Assembly: GCA_046290465.1 (NCBI GenBank)
Contig: JBKAGP010000001.1
Coordinates: 6,240,001 to 6,304,000 of the forward strand
DNA length: 64,000 nucleotides
Origin: Planctomycetota bacterium
Lineage (GTDB): Bacteria > Planctomycetota > UBA1135 > UBA2386
Direction: 5' to 3'
Under the pieces are notes generated by a model. It did no database searches. It had not been told where the DNA came from and worked only from the letters and a program-made list of their open reading frames with translations. The position numbers and the translations under genes are program-made. Every line of letters starts with the position of its first letter. The first letter of the stretch is position 1. Shown here piece by piece: positions 1 to 10,200 of this stretch.

Positions 1-2
1 GC

Positions 3-464
3 CACCTGATCCGGCTGTGTCCGGACGCGGTCTGCACCCACAAGGCCGGCACCGTCGGGCTCAGCGTGCGTGGCGAAGCGAAGTACCCCGGCAAGCGCAC
101 CTACCTGCACAGCAAGAACCGCTGGTACGTGCTGTTCACCTGCATGCGCTGGCGCACGCTGCTGCTGACGGTGCCGGCGCAGCTGGCCTACGGCATCGTC
201 TACGCCGCGTTCGGCGTCGGCCGCGGCCACCTCGGTTCGTGGCTGAAGGGCAAGTGGGAGCTGCTCAGGCTGCTGCCCAAGGCGATCGCCGCGCGGGGTC
301 CGGCGCAGCGCGGCCGCACCGTGCCCGATCGCGAACTGCTGGTCGCGACGCCGATGACGCTCAACCCGGGCCTCGCCGACAAGGGGGCCGGGGCGCTGCT
401 GCGGCGCACGATGGACCAGTTCTTCGCGGCCTACTGGCGGTTGGTGCGGGGCCTCTGTGGCTGA
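3..464 (+). CDS. Glycosyltransferase family 2, C-terminal part (truncated by the window start)
   Basis: The frame is open from base 3 (HLIRLCPDAVCTHKAG...YLHSKNRW), a typical GT2 C-terminus. It overlaps the next GT2 start. Confidence 0.65.
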   Translation, partial: HLIRLCPDAVCTHKAGTVGLSVRGEAKYPGKRTYLHSKNRWYVLFTCMRWRTLLLTVPAQLAYGIVYAAFGVGRGHLGSWLKGKWELLRLLPKAIAARGPAQRGRTVPDRELLVATPMTLNPGLADKGAGALLRRTMDQFFAAYWRLVRGLCG

Positions 465-1386
465 TCCCGCGCACGACCTGCGCGCGCTGGTGCTCAACTA
501 CCGCGGCGCCGAGATGACGATGCAGGTGGTGCGCGACCTGCTGGCGATCGACGACGCGCGGATCTCGGTGGCGGTGCTCGACAACGCGTCGGGCAAGGAC
601 GAGGTCGCCCAGCTCCGCGCCGCGATCGCCGCGCTCGTGCCGGGCGCGCACGAGGTCACGCTGCAGGCGTTCGACGACAACCTCGGCTTCGCCGCGGCGA
701 TGAGCCGCGGCATGCGCGACGCGTCCGCGCAGGGCTTCGCCTACTGCCTGGTCTGCAACAACGACCTGCGGCTGCCCCGCGACTGCGTGCGGCCGCTGCT
801 CGACGTGCTGCAGAACGACCGGCGCATCGCCGCGGTCGGCCCGACGATCGTCAATCCCGACGGCACCGTCTGGGCCGAGGGCGGCGAGGTCGGCTTCACC
901 AGCAACGCGCTGCGGCTGCGCCGGCAGGGCAAGCCGCCGACGGCGACCACCGCGGGGCCGGAGGAGGTCGACTTCCTGACCGGCGCGTTCGTGCTGCTTC
1001 GCGTCGACGCGGCGCTCGCGGTCGGCGCGTTCCCGGACGACTACTTCATGTACTGGGAGGACGTCGCGCTCAGCCACGCGCTGCGGCGCGCCGGCCACGG
1101 CGTCGTGTGGATCCCGTGGGTGCGCGTCGAGCACCTCGGCGGCCAGTCGTCGGGCGGCGGCCGCTCACCGCTGCGCAAGTTCTTGATGGCGTGCAACGCG
1201 GTGCGGTTCCTGAAGGCGCACGGCACCGTGACGGCCTGGTTGGGCTGGCTTCTGTTCGACGTGCTGCTGTGGCCGCTCGGGCTGCTCACCGGGCCGGCCG
1301 CCGCCGTCGCCAAGCTGCGCGGCACCTGCAAGGGCCTCGTCGGCCACGCGCCGTCGGCGGCGGACGTCGCGCGCTACCTCGGTTAG
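457..1386 (+). CDS. Glycosyltransferase family 2 (rhamnosyltransferase-like)
   Basis: Motifs VLNY, VLDNAS, NLGFAAA, NND, GAFVLL and YFMYWEDV. Confidence 0.9.
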   Translation: MADPAHDLRALVLNYRGAEMTMQVVRDLLAIDDARISVAVLDNASGKDEVAQLRAAIAALVPGAHEVTLQAFDDNLGFAAAMSRGMRDASAQGFAYCLVCNNDLRLPRDCVRPLLDVLQNDRRIAAVGPTIVNPDGTVWAEGGEVGFTSNALRLRRQGKPPTATTAGPEEVDFLTGAFVLLRVDAALAVGAFPDDYFMYWEDVALSHALRRAGHGVVWIPWVRVEHLGGQSSGGGRSPLRKFLMACNAVRFLKAHGTVTAWLGWLLFDVLLWPLGLLTGPAAAVAKLRGTCKGLVGHAPSAADVARYLG

Positions 1387-1395
1387 CCCGCCTCG

Positions 1396-1448
1396 CCCCG
1401 ACCACTACGACCCCGACCACTACGACCCCGACCACTACGACCCCGACC
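1396..1448. repeat. 15-bp tandem repeat (ccccgaccactacga), about 3.5 copies
   Basis: Exact copies at 1396, 1411 and 1426 plus a partial copy at 1441, between convergent genes. Confidence 0.95.
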
Positions 1449-1503
1449 GCTGCGGCCCGCTCGCCGCGATTGGGCGCGCGCCAGCGGCGTCCGGCCGCCG
1501 CGA

Positions 1504-2580
1504 TCAGGCCCGCCCTTCCGGCCGCGTGCGCGAACGTTCGGGGGTGCCGGGCCAGACGTCGCTGTTGGAGGTCGGTGCGAACTCGTCGGCGATCGCGCCA
1601 TCGATCGCCGAGCCGTGCTCGAGCACCGTGGCGAGCACCGTCAGCGAGCCGGCCTCGGCGGTCTGCCGGGCCGCGGCGAACAGCTGCTTGGCCGCCAGGA
1701 CCGCCCGGGCGTCGAGGCCGGGCTGGATCCACGCGCCGGACGGGGCCTGGCTGCGCGCGTGGGCGTGGGTCAGCGCGGTCACCGAGTCGAGCAGCAGCAC
1801 GACGTCGTGGCCGTGCTCGACGCGGCGCAGCGCGGCGTGCAGCGCGAGGTCGGCGACGTCGGCGTGGCGTCGCGGCGGCGACGCGAACGTGGTGCCGACG
1901 GTCGTCAGGTTGGCGTGCGCGTCGGCGGCCAGCGCGCGCGCGACGGCCAGGTCCTCCGGGCGCTGGTCGAGCAGGCACAGGGTCACGTCGACGCTCGGGT
2001 GGGCCGCGGCGATCGCGCCGGCGAGCGCCGTCAGCCACGCGGCGGTCGGTTCGTCCTGCTGCTTGTGCACCAGCACGCGATGGCCGAACCGCCACGGCGC
2101 CTGCTGCGCGAGGCCGGCCCACGGTCCGTCGTCGCCGAGCGGCAGCGCGCGGTCCGGCACGATCGCGGTGCGCGCGCCGAACGGCACCACGTCGCCGAGC
2201 GCGTCGGCGTCGACGCCCTGCACCGATTCGACGCGCGTCAGCGCCAGGAACCGTTCGTTGCCGCGCGGTGCGCGCAGCCGGCCCTTCACCCGGTGGCCCT
2301 GCTGCAGGTGCAGGCTGCGGATCTGGCTCGGGCTGACGTAGGCGTCGACGCCCGTCTCGCCGTAGTCGGTCGCGGCGAGGCGCACGAAGCCGAAGCCCTC
2401 GTGCAGCATCGACAGCTCGCCCTCGGTGACGACGTCGTCGCCGGCGGCGAGTCGCTGGGTGACCAGTTCGGCGACCAGCTCGTCGTGGGTCAGATGGGGG
2501 CGCAGGTCGAGGCCGTGCTCGGCGGCGAGCGCCAGCAGTTCGGGGCGCGGCTTCGCGAACAGCTCGGGCACGCAGATCAT
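1504..2580 (-). CDS. rho: Transcription termination factor Rho homologue with a degenerate ATPase domain
   Basis: GFGFVR, YVSPSQIR, ERFLAL, LLDQRPED, VVLLLDS and GSLTVLAT align with Rho. Walker A GKT is absent. The ATG overlaps the coaE stop (ATGA). Confidence 0.85.
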   Translation of the reverse strand: MICVPELFAKPRPELLALAAEHGLDLRPHLTHDELVAELVTQRLAAGDDVVTEGELSMLHEGFGFVRLAATDYGETGVDAYVSPSQIRSLHLQQGHRVKGRLRAPRGNERFLALTRVESVQGVDADALGDVVPFGARTAIVPDRALPLGDDGPWAGLAQQAPWRFGHRVLVHKQQDEPTAAWLTALAGAIAAAHPSVDVTLCLLDQRPEDLAVARALAADAHANLTTVGTTFASPPRRHADVADLALHAALRRVEHGHDVVLLLDSVTALTHAHARSQAPSGAWIQPGLDARAVLAAKQLFAAARQTAEAGSLTVLATVLEHGSAIDGAIADEFAPTSNSDVWPGTPERSRTRPEGRA

Positions 2581-3221
2581 GCGCCGCCCTCCAGCTCGGC
2601 GAGCAGCGCCGCGACCGCGCGGCGGGTCTGCTCGAGCGTGCCGCCGTTGTCGACCACGTGCTGCGAACGGGCGCGCTTGTCGGCGAGCGGCAGCTGGTTG
2701 CGTTCGCGGCGTGGCAGTTCTTGATCGTCCCAGCCGCGGCCGCGGGCGCGCTCGCGGCGGATTTCGTCGGGCGCGTCGACGAACACGATCGTGTCGCAGT
2801 GCTGCCACAGGCCGGCCTCGAACAGCAGCGGCACGTCGAGCAGGCTCGACTGGCCGGCGGCGCGGCTGCGGTCGAGCTCGGCCAGGATCCGGGCGCGCAC
2901 CCTCGGGTGCACGATCGCCTCTAGCTGCTGCTTGGCGTCCGGGTGCGAGAAGACGTGCTCGGCGACCGCCTGGCGGTCGAGCCGGCCGTCGACGACGAAC
3001 CGTTCTCCAAGCCTGGTCTGGACTTCTGCCAGGACCTGCGGGTCCTCGGTGGCCGCCCGGGCGTGCAAATCGGCGTCGATGTGGCGGATTCCGTGGGCCG
3101 AGAACAGGCCCGAAACGGTGCTCTTGCCCGATGCGACGCCGCCCACGAGTCCGATGACGAGGGGCTCAGGCGGCCCGAACGGGCGCTCCGGGGCCGGATC
3201 CGGCTTTTCGGGGGGCGGCAT
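2577..3221 (-). CDS. coaE: Dephospho-CoA kinase
   Basis: Motifs IGLVGGVASGKSTV, IDAD, LEAIVHP, DVPLLFE and VVDNGG. Confidence 0.95.
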   Translation of the reverse strand: MPPPEKPDPAPERPFGPPEPLVIGLVGGVASGKSTVSGLFSAHGIRHIDADLHARAATEDPQVLAEVQTRLGERFVVDGRLDRQAVAEHVFSHPDAKQQLEAIVHPRVRARILAELDRSRAAGQSSLLDVPLLFEAGLWQHCDTIVFVDAPDEIRRERARGRGWDDQELPRRERNQLPLADKRARSQHVVDNGGTLEQTRRAVAALLAELEGGA

Positions 3222-3476
3222 CCCGGCATCGTCGGGGACCGGCCCGGCTCAGGCAAGTCGTGCCTGGACGCCACCTTGACCATGGCCTCCGTCTTTCTAA
3301 GATCCCGGATCCCTGCGTGAGGCCGTGCCCTCGGTCCGAACGCGGATTCGATCTCCCGTCCGATCCAAAGCCCCTCTCTTCCCCTCCGACGTTCTCCCGA
3401 CGTCCGTCCCTTGCCGTTGTCTGCCCCCGCGGCAACGCAACGCCCTCAACGCACAGACCCCTTGGAGTTGGTTCCT

Positions 3477-4757
3477 ATGCACAGTCGCCAGATGAGCAGT
3501 CGCCAGAGCGGTGCCGCCCACGTCCCGATCATGTTCTTCCTGCTGCTGCTCCTGATGTTCTTCGGAGCACTGGGCTTCGGCTGGGTCCAGCAGACCAACA
3601 ACGCCGAGCTGCAGAAGAAGGCCGACGAGGCCCGCGCCGAGCTCAAGACGATCCAGGGCAAGGAGACGCTGATCCAGGACTACATTGACGACATCGGCAA
3701 GGTCGTCAACAAGCCGGGGCCGTACCTCGGTCGCCCGGGCGGCATCTACGAAGGTGCCACCATCGAGTACCCCGGCCTGATGGACCCCAAGCAGGTCAAG
3801 CAGGTGATGGACGACGCCGCGACCAACGCCGGCGTGTCGCAGGCCAGCTCGCTCGAGAACCTGCTCGGCGCGATGATCACGCGCATCAACACGATGACGC
3901 AGCGCGTCAAGGACATCGAGCTCGAGCGCGACAAGGCGATCGCCGACAAGAGCACCGGTGACCAGCGCTACACGACCCTCGAGGGCGAAGCGAGCACGCG
4001 CGCCAGCGAGAACTCGACCAACCTCGAGCAGGCGCGTTCGGACTTCCAGTCGGCCAAGGACGACCGTGACCGTCGCATCGCGACGCTGACGGAGAACCTG
4101 CGCAACAAGGACGAGGAGATGACCTCGCTGAAGGAGGACTTCGCCGCCAAGGAGAAGGACCTGCTCGGTCGCATCGCCCGCCTGCAGACCCAGAACTCGG
4201 CCCTGGTCGAGCGTGAGGCCCTGCGCCAGCCGCCGAACGTCGCGGACGGCAAGGTGCTGGTCGCCAAGAACGGCATCCCGAAGGCCTTCATCAACCTGGG
4301 CCGCAAGGACCTGCTGCAGCCGGGCACGGTGTTCCGGGTCAAGAGCCCGAACAACCAGGCCGTCAAGGGCTACTGCCAGGTCACGCGCGTCGAGGACGAG
4401 CGCGCCGAAGTGCGCCTGTTCGACTTCGTCGACCCGGTCGGCAACTACGCCAGCGAAGGCGACCTGCTGTTCAACGACCTCTACACGCCGCGCGTCACGC
4501 GCACGATGTACCTGATGGGTCGCTTCAGCGCGCCGTACGGCAAGGAGCAGCTGACCAACCTGCTGCGCCGCCTCGGCAACCGCGTCGTGACCAAGATGGG
4601 CCCCGGCGTCGACACCGTGATCCTGGGCAACAACCCGGTCAACGAAGCCGGCGACGGCTTCAGCGCCATCCAGGAGAGCGAGGAGTTCAAGCTCGCCAAC
4701 GAGCTGCGCGTGGAGTTCACCTACCTCGCCAAGATCGCCGACCTGGTCAAGCTCTAG
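3477..4757 (+). CDS. Membrane-anchored coiled-coil protein with a C-terminal BRCT-like domain
   Basis: GGAG RBS before ATG 3477. An N-terminal hydrophobic helix and long heptad region precede a C-terminus resembling BRCT (MGRF...EQLTNLLRRLGNRVVTKMGPGVDTVILG). Confidence 0.65.
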   Translation: MHSRQMSSRQSGAAHVPIMFFLLLLLMFFGALGFGWVQQTNNAELQKKADEARAELKTIQGKETLIQDYIDDIGKVVNKPGPYLGRPGGIYEGATIEYPGLMDPKQVKQVMDDAATNAGVSQASSLENLLGAMITRINTMTQRVKDIELERDKAIADKSTGDQRYTTLEGEASTRASENSTNLEQARSDFQSAKDDRDRRIATLTENLRNKDEEMTSLKEDFAAKEKDLLGRIARLQTQNSALVEREALRQPPNVADGKVLVAKNGIPKAFINLGRKDLLQPGTVFRVKSPNNQAVKGYCQVTRVEDERAEVRLFDFVDPVGNYASEGDLLFNDLYTPRVTRTMYLMGRFSAPYGKEQLTNLLRRLGNRVVTKMGPGVDTVILGNNPVNEAGDGFSAIQESEEFKLANELRVEFTYLAKIADLVKL

Positions 4758-4784
4758 GCTTTTCCACCCCGCGCGACCCCCAGC

Positions 4785-4818
4785 ACAGGCGGCCTCGATG
4801 GCCGCCTGTTCTGGTTTT
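4785..4818 (+). terminator. Probable intrinsic terminator
   Basis: Stem acaggcggcc/ggccgcctgt followed by tctggtttt, just after the stop at 4757. Confidence 0.55.
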
Positions 4819-4995
4819 GGGGGGCGGCCAATCGTCTGGTTCCGCGACGAAGCCTTGCCGACCAGCGCGTCGGTCGTTCGCCGCTCCGTTCGTGCGGTCG
4901 GAACGTCGGCTCCCGGAGCCGACCTTTCGGCCCGTGCGGGGTGGTTGTTTTGGGTTTGGGGCAAATCGCGGCGGGCCTAAGCTGTTGCATCGCTC

Positions 4996-5958
4996 ATGCC
5001 GCTCGACCAACCGGAGATCCGCGACGCCATCGACCAGCCCGACGCGTTGCCGCGGATGACGTTCGGTGACCACCTGGACGAACTGCGCAAGCGGGTGATC
5101 TGGTCGCTGCTCGCGGTGATCATCGCGGTGCTCGGCGTGCTGCCGTTCAAGACGACGGTGCAGCAGATCATCGTCGGGCCGTACCGCCAGCAGTGGGAGA
5201 TCGGCTTCGACGACTGGATCGAGAACCTCGAGGCCCGCGAAGCGTCGGGCGACCTGGCCGGCGACGAGGACGGCCAGGCCTACCTGAAGTTCTGCCGCGA
5301 ACACCGCGACTCGATCCTCGACAACACCTACCGCTATCCGTGGACGGTCGTCGAGAAGAGCGGCTACCCGGTGCCCTACAACCTCTACGCGACGGGCGGG
5401 CTCGAAGACATCCTGTCGTTCATGTGGGCGTCGTTCATCTTCGCCCTGGTGCTCGCGAGCCCGGTGGTCGTCTGGCAGATCTGGGCGTTCATCGCGGCAG
5501 GGCTCTATCGCCACGAACGGCTGGTCTTCTACCGCTACTTCCCGTTCATGGTGCTGCTCGGCGTCGCCGGCGTGCTGTTCGGCTACAAGGTCGCGCTGCC
5601 GTACAGCCTGGGCTTCTTGATGAGCATGATGGATCCGGCGATCGTCGGCGCGATCCTCAGCATCGGCCAGTTCTTCAACCTGCTGTTCATGACCACCGCG
5701 GCGATGGGCATCGTCTTCCAGGTGCCGCTCGTCATGCTCGCGCTGCAGAAGGTCGGCATCGTGCGCCACGAGGCGTTCATCAAGCACTGGCGCATGACGC
5801 TGCTGGCGATCTTCATCCTGTCGGCATTGTTCAGCCCTCCTGAGCCGGTCTCGATGGTGTTGATGTCGCTGCCGATGATCCTGCTCTACGGCGTCGGCCT
5901 GATCCTGACGCGCTCCGGCCAGAAGCACGAACCGCCGGCGCCGGAGGTCGGCGCGTGA
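4996..5958 (+). CDS. tatC: Twin-arginine translocase subunit TatC
   Basis: Motifs MTFGDHLDELRKR, WQIWAFIAAGLY.HE, FQVP and SPPEP, with multiple TM helices. Confidence 0.93.
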   Translation: MPLDQPEIRDAIDQPDALPRMTFGDHLDELRKRVIWSLLAVIIAVLGVLPFKTTVQQIIVGPYRQQWEIGFDDWIENLEAREASGDLAGDEDGQAYLKFCREHRDSILDNTYRYPWTVVEKSGYPVPYNLYATGGLEDILSFMWASFIFALVLASPVVVWQIWAFIAAGLYRHERLVFYRYFPFMVLLGVAGVLFGYKVALPYSLGFLMSMMDPAIVGAILSIGQFFNLLFMTTAAMGIVFQVPLVMLALQKVGIVRHEAFIKHWRMTLLAIFILSALFSPPEPVSMVLMSLPMILLYGVGLILTRSGQKHEPPAPEVGA

Positions 5959-7181
5959 TCGCCGAGGTCGTCGCGATCGGCGATGAACTGCTGCACGGTG
6001 GCCTGCTCGACACCAACAGCAAGTACCTCGCGCAGGAGCTCGAACGGCTCGGCGCCGTCGTGCGCCGCATCACCGTCGTCGGCGACGACCCGGAGCAGCT
6101 GCGTGCGGGGATCGACGAGTCGTGCCGGCGCGCCGACGTCGTGCTGGCGACCGGCGGCCTCGGGCCGACGCTCGACGACCGCACCCGCGACGTCGTCGCG
6201 CAGCTGCTCGGCGAACCGCTGCGCTTTCACGAGCCGAGCTGGGCACAGGTGCAGGCCTGGTTCGAACGGTTCCGCCGCCCCTGCCCCGACAGCAACCGGC
6301 GCCAGGCCGAGCTGCCGGCATCGGCGGAGGCGCTGACGAACACGACCGGCACCGCGCCCGGCTTCTTCGCGAAGATCCACGGCGCGACGTTGTTCGCGAT
6401 GCCCGGCGTGCCGCGCGAGATGAAGGTGATGCTGCGCGACGAGGTGCTGCCGCGCGTGGCCCGGCTCGGCGAGCTGACCCCGACCGCGCACCGCCTGCTG
6501 CGCGTGCTCGGCCCTTCCGAGGCGATGCTCGGCGAACGCATCGGCGAGCACATGCTGCCCGGCCACAACCCGCAGGTCGGCATCACCGCGTCCGGCGGCC
6601 TGCTGACCGTGCGCATCGTCGCGACCGCGCCGTGCCACGACGAGGCCGCCGCGCGCTGCGAACGGCTCGCCGCCGAGCTGCGCCCCAAGCTCGGCGACTG
6701 GCTGTTCGCCGAAGGCGAGCAGGAGTTGCCCGAGCTGGTGCTCGAACGGCTGCGTGCGGCCGGCCAGACGATCGCGTTCGCCGAGTCGTGCACCGGCGGG
6801 CTGTGCGCCGCGCGCCTGACCGACGTTGCCGGCTCGTCGGCGGTGATGATGGGCGGCGTGGTCGCCTACAGCAACGAGGCCAAGCAGGCGCTGCTCGGCG
6901 TGCCGGCGGAGCTGCTGACGCAGCACGGCGCGGTCAGCGAGCCAGTCGCTCGGGCGATGGCCGAGGGCGCGCGCGGCCGCTTCGGCGCCACCTGCGCGCT
7001 GGCGACGACCGGCATCGCCGGGCCGTCCGGCGGCAGCGCCGACAAGCCGGTCGGCACGGTGTGCTTCGGCTACGCCGATGCCACCGGAGCCAGGGCGTGG
7101 ACCGTGCGCATCCCCGACCTCGGCCGCGTGTTCGTGCGCGACCGCGCCGTGTTCGAGGTCTGGCGCACGCTGCTCCGGTGA
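5955..7181 (+). CDS. cinA: Competence/damage-inducible protein CinA (with a PncC-like NMN deamidase domain)
   Basis: Motifs IGDELL.G...DTN, TGGLGPT.DD.T, PGVP.EM, AESCTGG and TGIAGP.GG. Confidence 0.95.
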   Translation: MIAEVVAIGDELLHGGLLDTNSKYLAQELERLGAVVRRITVVGDDPEQLRAGIDESCRRADVVLATGGLGPTLDDRTRDVVAQLLGEPLRFHEPSWAQVQAWFERFRRPCPDSNRRQAELPASAEALTNTTGTAPGFFAKIHGATLFAMPGVPREMKVMLRDEVLPRVARLGELTPTAHRLLRVLGPSEAMLGERIGEHMLPGHNPQVGITASGGLLTVRIVATAPCHDEAAARCERLAAELRPKLGDWLFAEGEQELPELVLERLRAAGQTIAFAESCTGGLCAARLTDVAGSSAVMMGGVVAYSNEAKQALLGVPAELLTQHGAVSEPVARAMAEGARGRFGATCALATTGIAGPSGGSADKPVGTVCFGYADATGARAWTVRIPDLGRVFVRDRAVFEVWRTLLR

Positions 7182-7246
7182 GTGTCGCGCGCGGCTTGCA
7201 CGTATGATGCAGGCACCGGAGCCGGAGCGGCTCCGCTCCGAGACGA

Positions 7247-10200
7247 GTGAAGATCTGCCTGTCGTGTGAGGGGGTGACCGACACCCAGGCGCAGCGCTGC
7301 GGCAACTGCAACGCGCTGCTGCTGCCGACCGACGCCGTGCACTACCCGGCGCGGCGCGGCGAACTCGATGCCTCCAACCCGCTGCTCGGCACCGTCATCG
7401 ACGGCACCTACCGCCTGCAGTCGGTGCTCGGCCGCGGCGGCCTCGGCACGGTCTTTCGCGCCCAGCACACCGGCTCGCTGGTCACCGTCGCGCTCAAGCT
7501 GCTGCACCCGCGCTTCGCCGAACGTCCCGAGTACCGCCGCGCGCTGCTGCCCGAGGCGCGCCGCGCCGCCACCGTCGTGCACGAGCGCTGCGCGCGCCTG
7601 CTCGACGTCGGCGAGGGCGACGAGGGCATCACCTACCTGGCGATGGAGCTGGTCGAGGGCCAGACGCTCGAGGAGGTGCTGCAGGACGGCCCGCTGCCGC
7701 CGGCGCACGCGCTCGACCTGCTGCTGCAGGTCGCCGCGGCGCTGTCCGCCGTGCACGACGTCGGCCTGGTGCACTGCGACCTGTCGCCGCGCAACGTCAT
7801 GGTCACCGCGCGCACCGGCCGGCTCGAGGCCAAGGTGCTCGACTTCGGCATCGCTCGCTCGGTCAACATCGCCGGCCGCCGCAGCCGCCAGGGCGAGCTG
7901 TGGGGGTTTGCCAACCCGGCCTTCTCGGCGCCCGAGCTGCTCGCCGGCGATGACGTCGACCCGCGCGCCGACCTGTATTCGTTCGGCACGCTGGCGTGGC
8001 TGATGCTGACCGGCTCGATGCCGGTCGACGACAGCGACCGCGATCGCGCCGTCGAAGCGGTGCGCGAAGGCCGGCTGCTGCCGTGGCCCGGCGGCGCCGG
8101 CGTGCCAAAGCGGCTGGTGCGCATGATCCAGCGCTGCCTCGCGTTCGAACCGGCCGATCGGCCGGCGTCGATCGGCGAGGTGCAGCGGGAACTGGCGCTG
8201 CTGCGCCACGGCCGCGGGCCGACGATGGCGCGGATCGCGATGTTCGCGTCGGCGCTGGCGCTGGTGGTCGCGCTCGCGGTCAGCGAGGACCCGCAGCCGC
8301 CGTTCTTGCGGCCGCAGCCGGGCTCGGCCCTGCTGGTGTCCGAGGGGCCGTTGGCGCGCGACGCCGCGGTGCAGGACCTGCGCGCCGACCAGCTCGGCAC
8401 GATCGAGTTCCACTACGGCGGCATCGCGCCGGACCGGCTGGTCGCCGAGCTGGCGCGCGGCGGCAAGGCCTTGGTGCGCAAGCGGCTTGAGCCGACCGTC
8501 GACCGCGCCGCCGGCACGCTGGTGCTGTCGGCAGGCCAGAGCGCGTGGCAGGAGGTGCTGTCGGCGCTGTCGCGCACCAGCCGCGACGGGCCGGTCGACC
8601 TGACGTTCGTGGTGCCGGGATCGGCGGTGCTCGGCGCCGGTCGGCTGCGCGTCGACGACGTGCCGCCGGAGCTCGACGCGCGCTTCGAGGACGCCGCGGC
8701 CGGCGTGCACGGCCACAGCCGCCTGCTGGTCGACGTGCGCGACGACATCGGCGTCGCCCGGCTCGAGGCCGTCGTGCGCCTGCCGGACGAGTCGTTCGTG
8801 CTGCCGCTGCCGGCGCGCTCGGGCGCGGTGTCGCTCGGCGAGGCGATCGCCGAACACGTCGGCCGGATCGAGCCGCTCGGTGCCGGCAGCGTCGTCGTGC
8901 GCGCCCGCGACTTCGCCGACAACCGTCGCGAACTGCCGCCGCTGACGTTCGCGTCGGCCGACGTCGCCGCGCCCTCGGTGCTGCAGGTGACCGGTCCGGC
9001 CGGCCAGCGCGGCCTGACGCGCAGCGGCAACCGCGTGCGTTTCCGGGTGCAGCTGTCGGCCGGCGAACCGGGCCTGCAGCTGCGCTGTCGCCACGACGGC
9101 AGGGAACTGCGGTTGCCGATGGACGTCGCGACCGGCGACCGCCCGGTGGCGACCTCGTTCGACGTCGCCGCCGACGAACTGTTCGGCGATGCCAGCGAGC
9201 TCGAACTGCGCCTCGCCGCGATCGATCCGGCCGGCAACGAGAACGAGCGCGCGTTCCCGGTGCGCGTCGTCGACCGCAGCCCGGCGGTCCTGGTGCAGCC
9301 GGGCGCCGGCGACGCGTCGCGGCCGGTCGCGATGGTCGGCCAGGAGCTGGTGGTCGGACCCGACGGCGGCCACTTCCACGTGTCGGTCGCCCGCAGCTAC
9401 GACGTCGCGGGCGCGCAGGTCGAACGCGACGGCCGGCCGCTGGCCAGTGCGGGGGTGCGCATCGCGCCCGCTCGGGACGGTGCTGCCGACGTCACGCTGC
9501 TGGCGCTGCAGCCGGGCGCCTACACGCTGTGGGTCGAGCTCAACGAACGCGACGACGACCGGCTCGAACCGGTGCGCCGGCCGCTACCGGTGCGGGTGCT
9601 GCCGCGGCAGCTCGAGGTGCAGGTGCCGTCGTCGCGGGCGCGCTTCCTGCCGCAGCTGGTCGACGCCGGCGTGCTGGCGCTGCGCGGCGAACGCGACGAG
9701 CGCGTCGGCGAGGGCAGCGGCTGGCGCTACGATCCCGATCTGCGGCCGTACTTACGCGGCGCCTGCTATCGAGACGACCGACCCGGCGCGACGGTGCGCG
9801 CGACGCTCGGCGCGGTCCTGCCCGAACTGCCGCTGCAGCGCGGCCACAACACGCTGTCGCTGGCGCTGGTCGACGCGCTCGACCGGCCGGTGGCGTTGGT
9901 CGACGAGAACGGCGAGCCGCTGCATAAGGACGGCGGTCGCGCGGTGTTCGCGTCGTTCTGGTGGAACGACGAACGGCCGAGCCTGGTCGGCGAACGGCTG
10001 TTGGTCGAGCACGATCGACCGGTGCGGGTGCGGGTGCGCATGCCGGTGCCGTTCGGGAGCGAGGACCGCGACCGCCTGCGGCTGGGGCTCGGCAACGGCG
10101 AGTGGCCGGCGGTCGCGGTCGAGACCGAGGCCGCGTCGTCGCTGCTCGCGTTCGACGTGCCGTTCGCGGTCTGGAGCGTCGCCGCGCAGTTCGGCGGCCG

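Noticed and set aside
1504..2580. rho as a classical pseudogene
   Set aside because: There is no frameshift or internal stop, the start is coupled to coaE and the RNA-binding motifs are preserved. It is kept as a CDS and reported as a finding.
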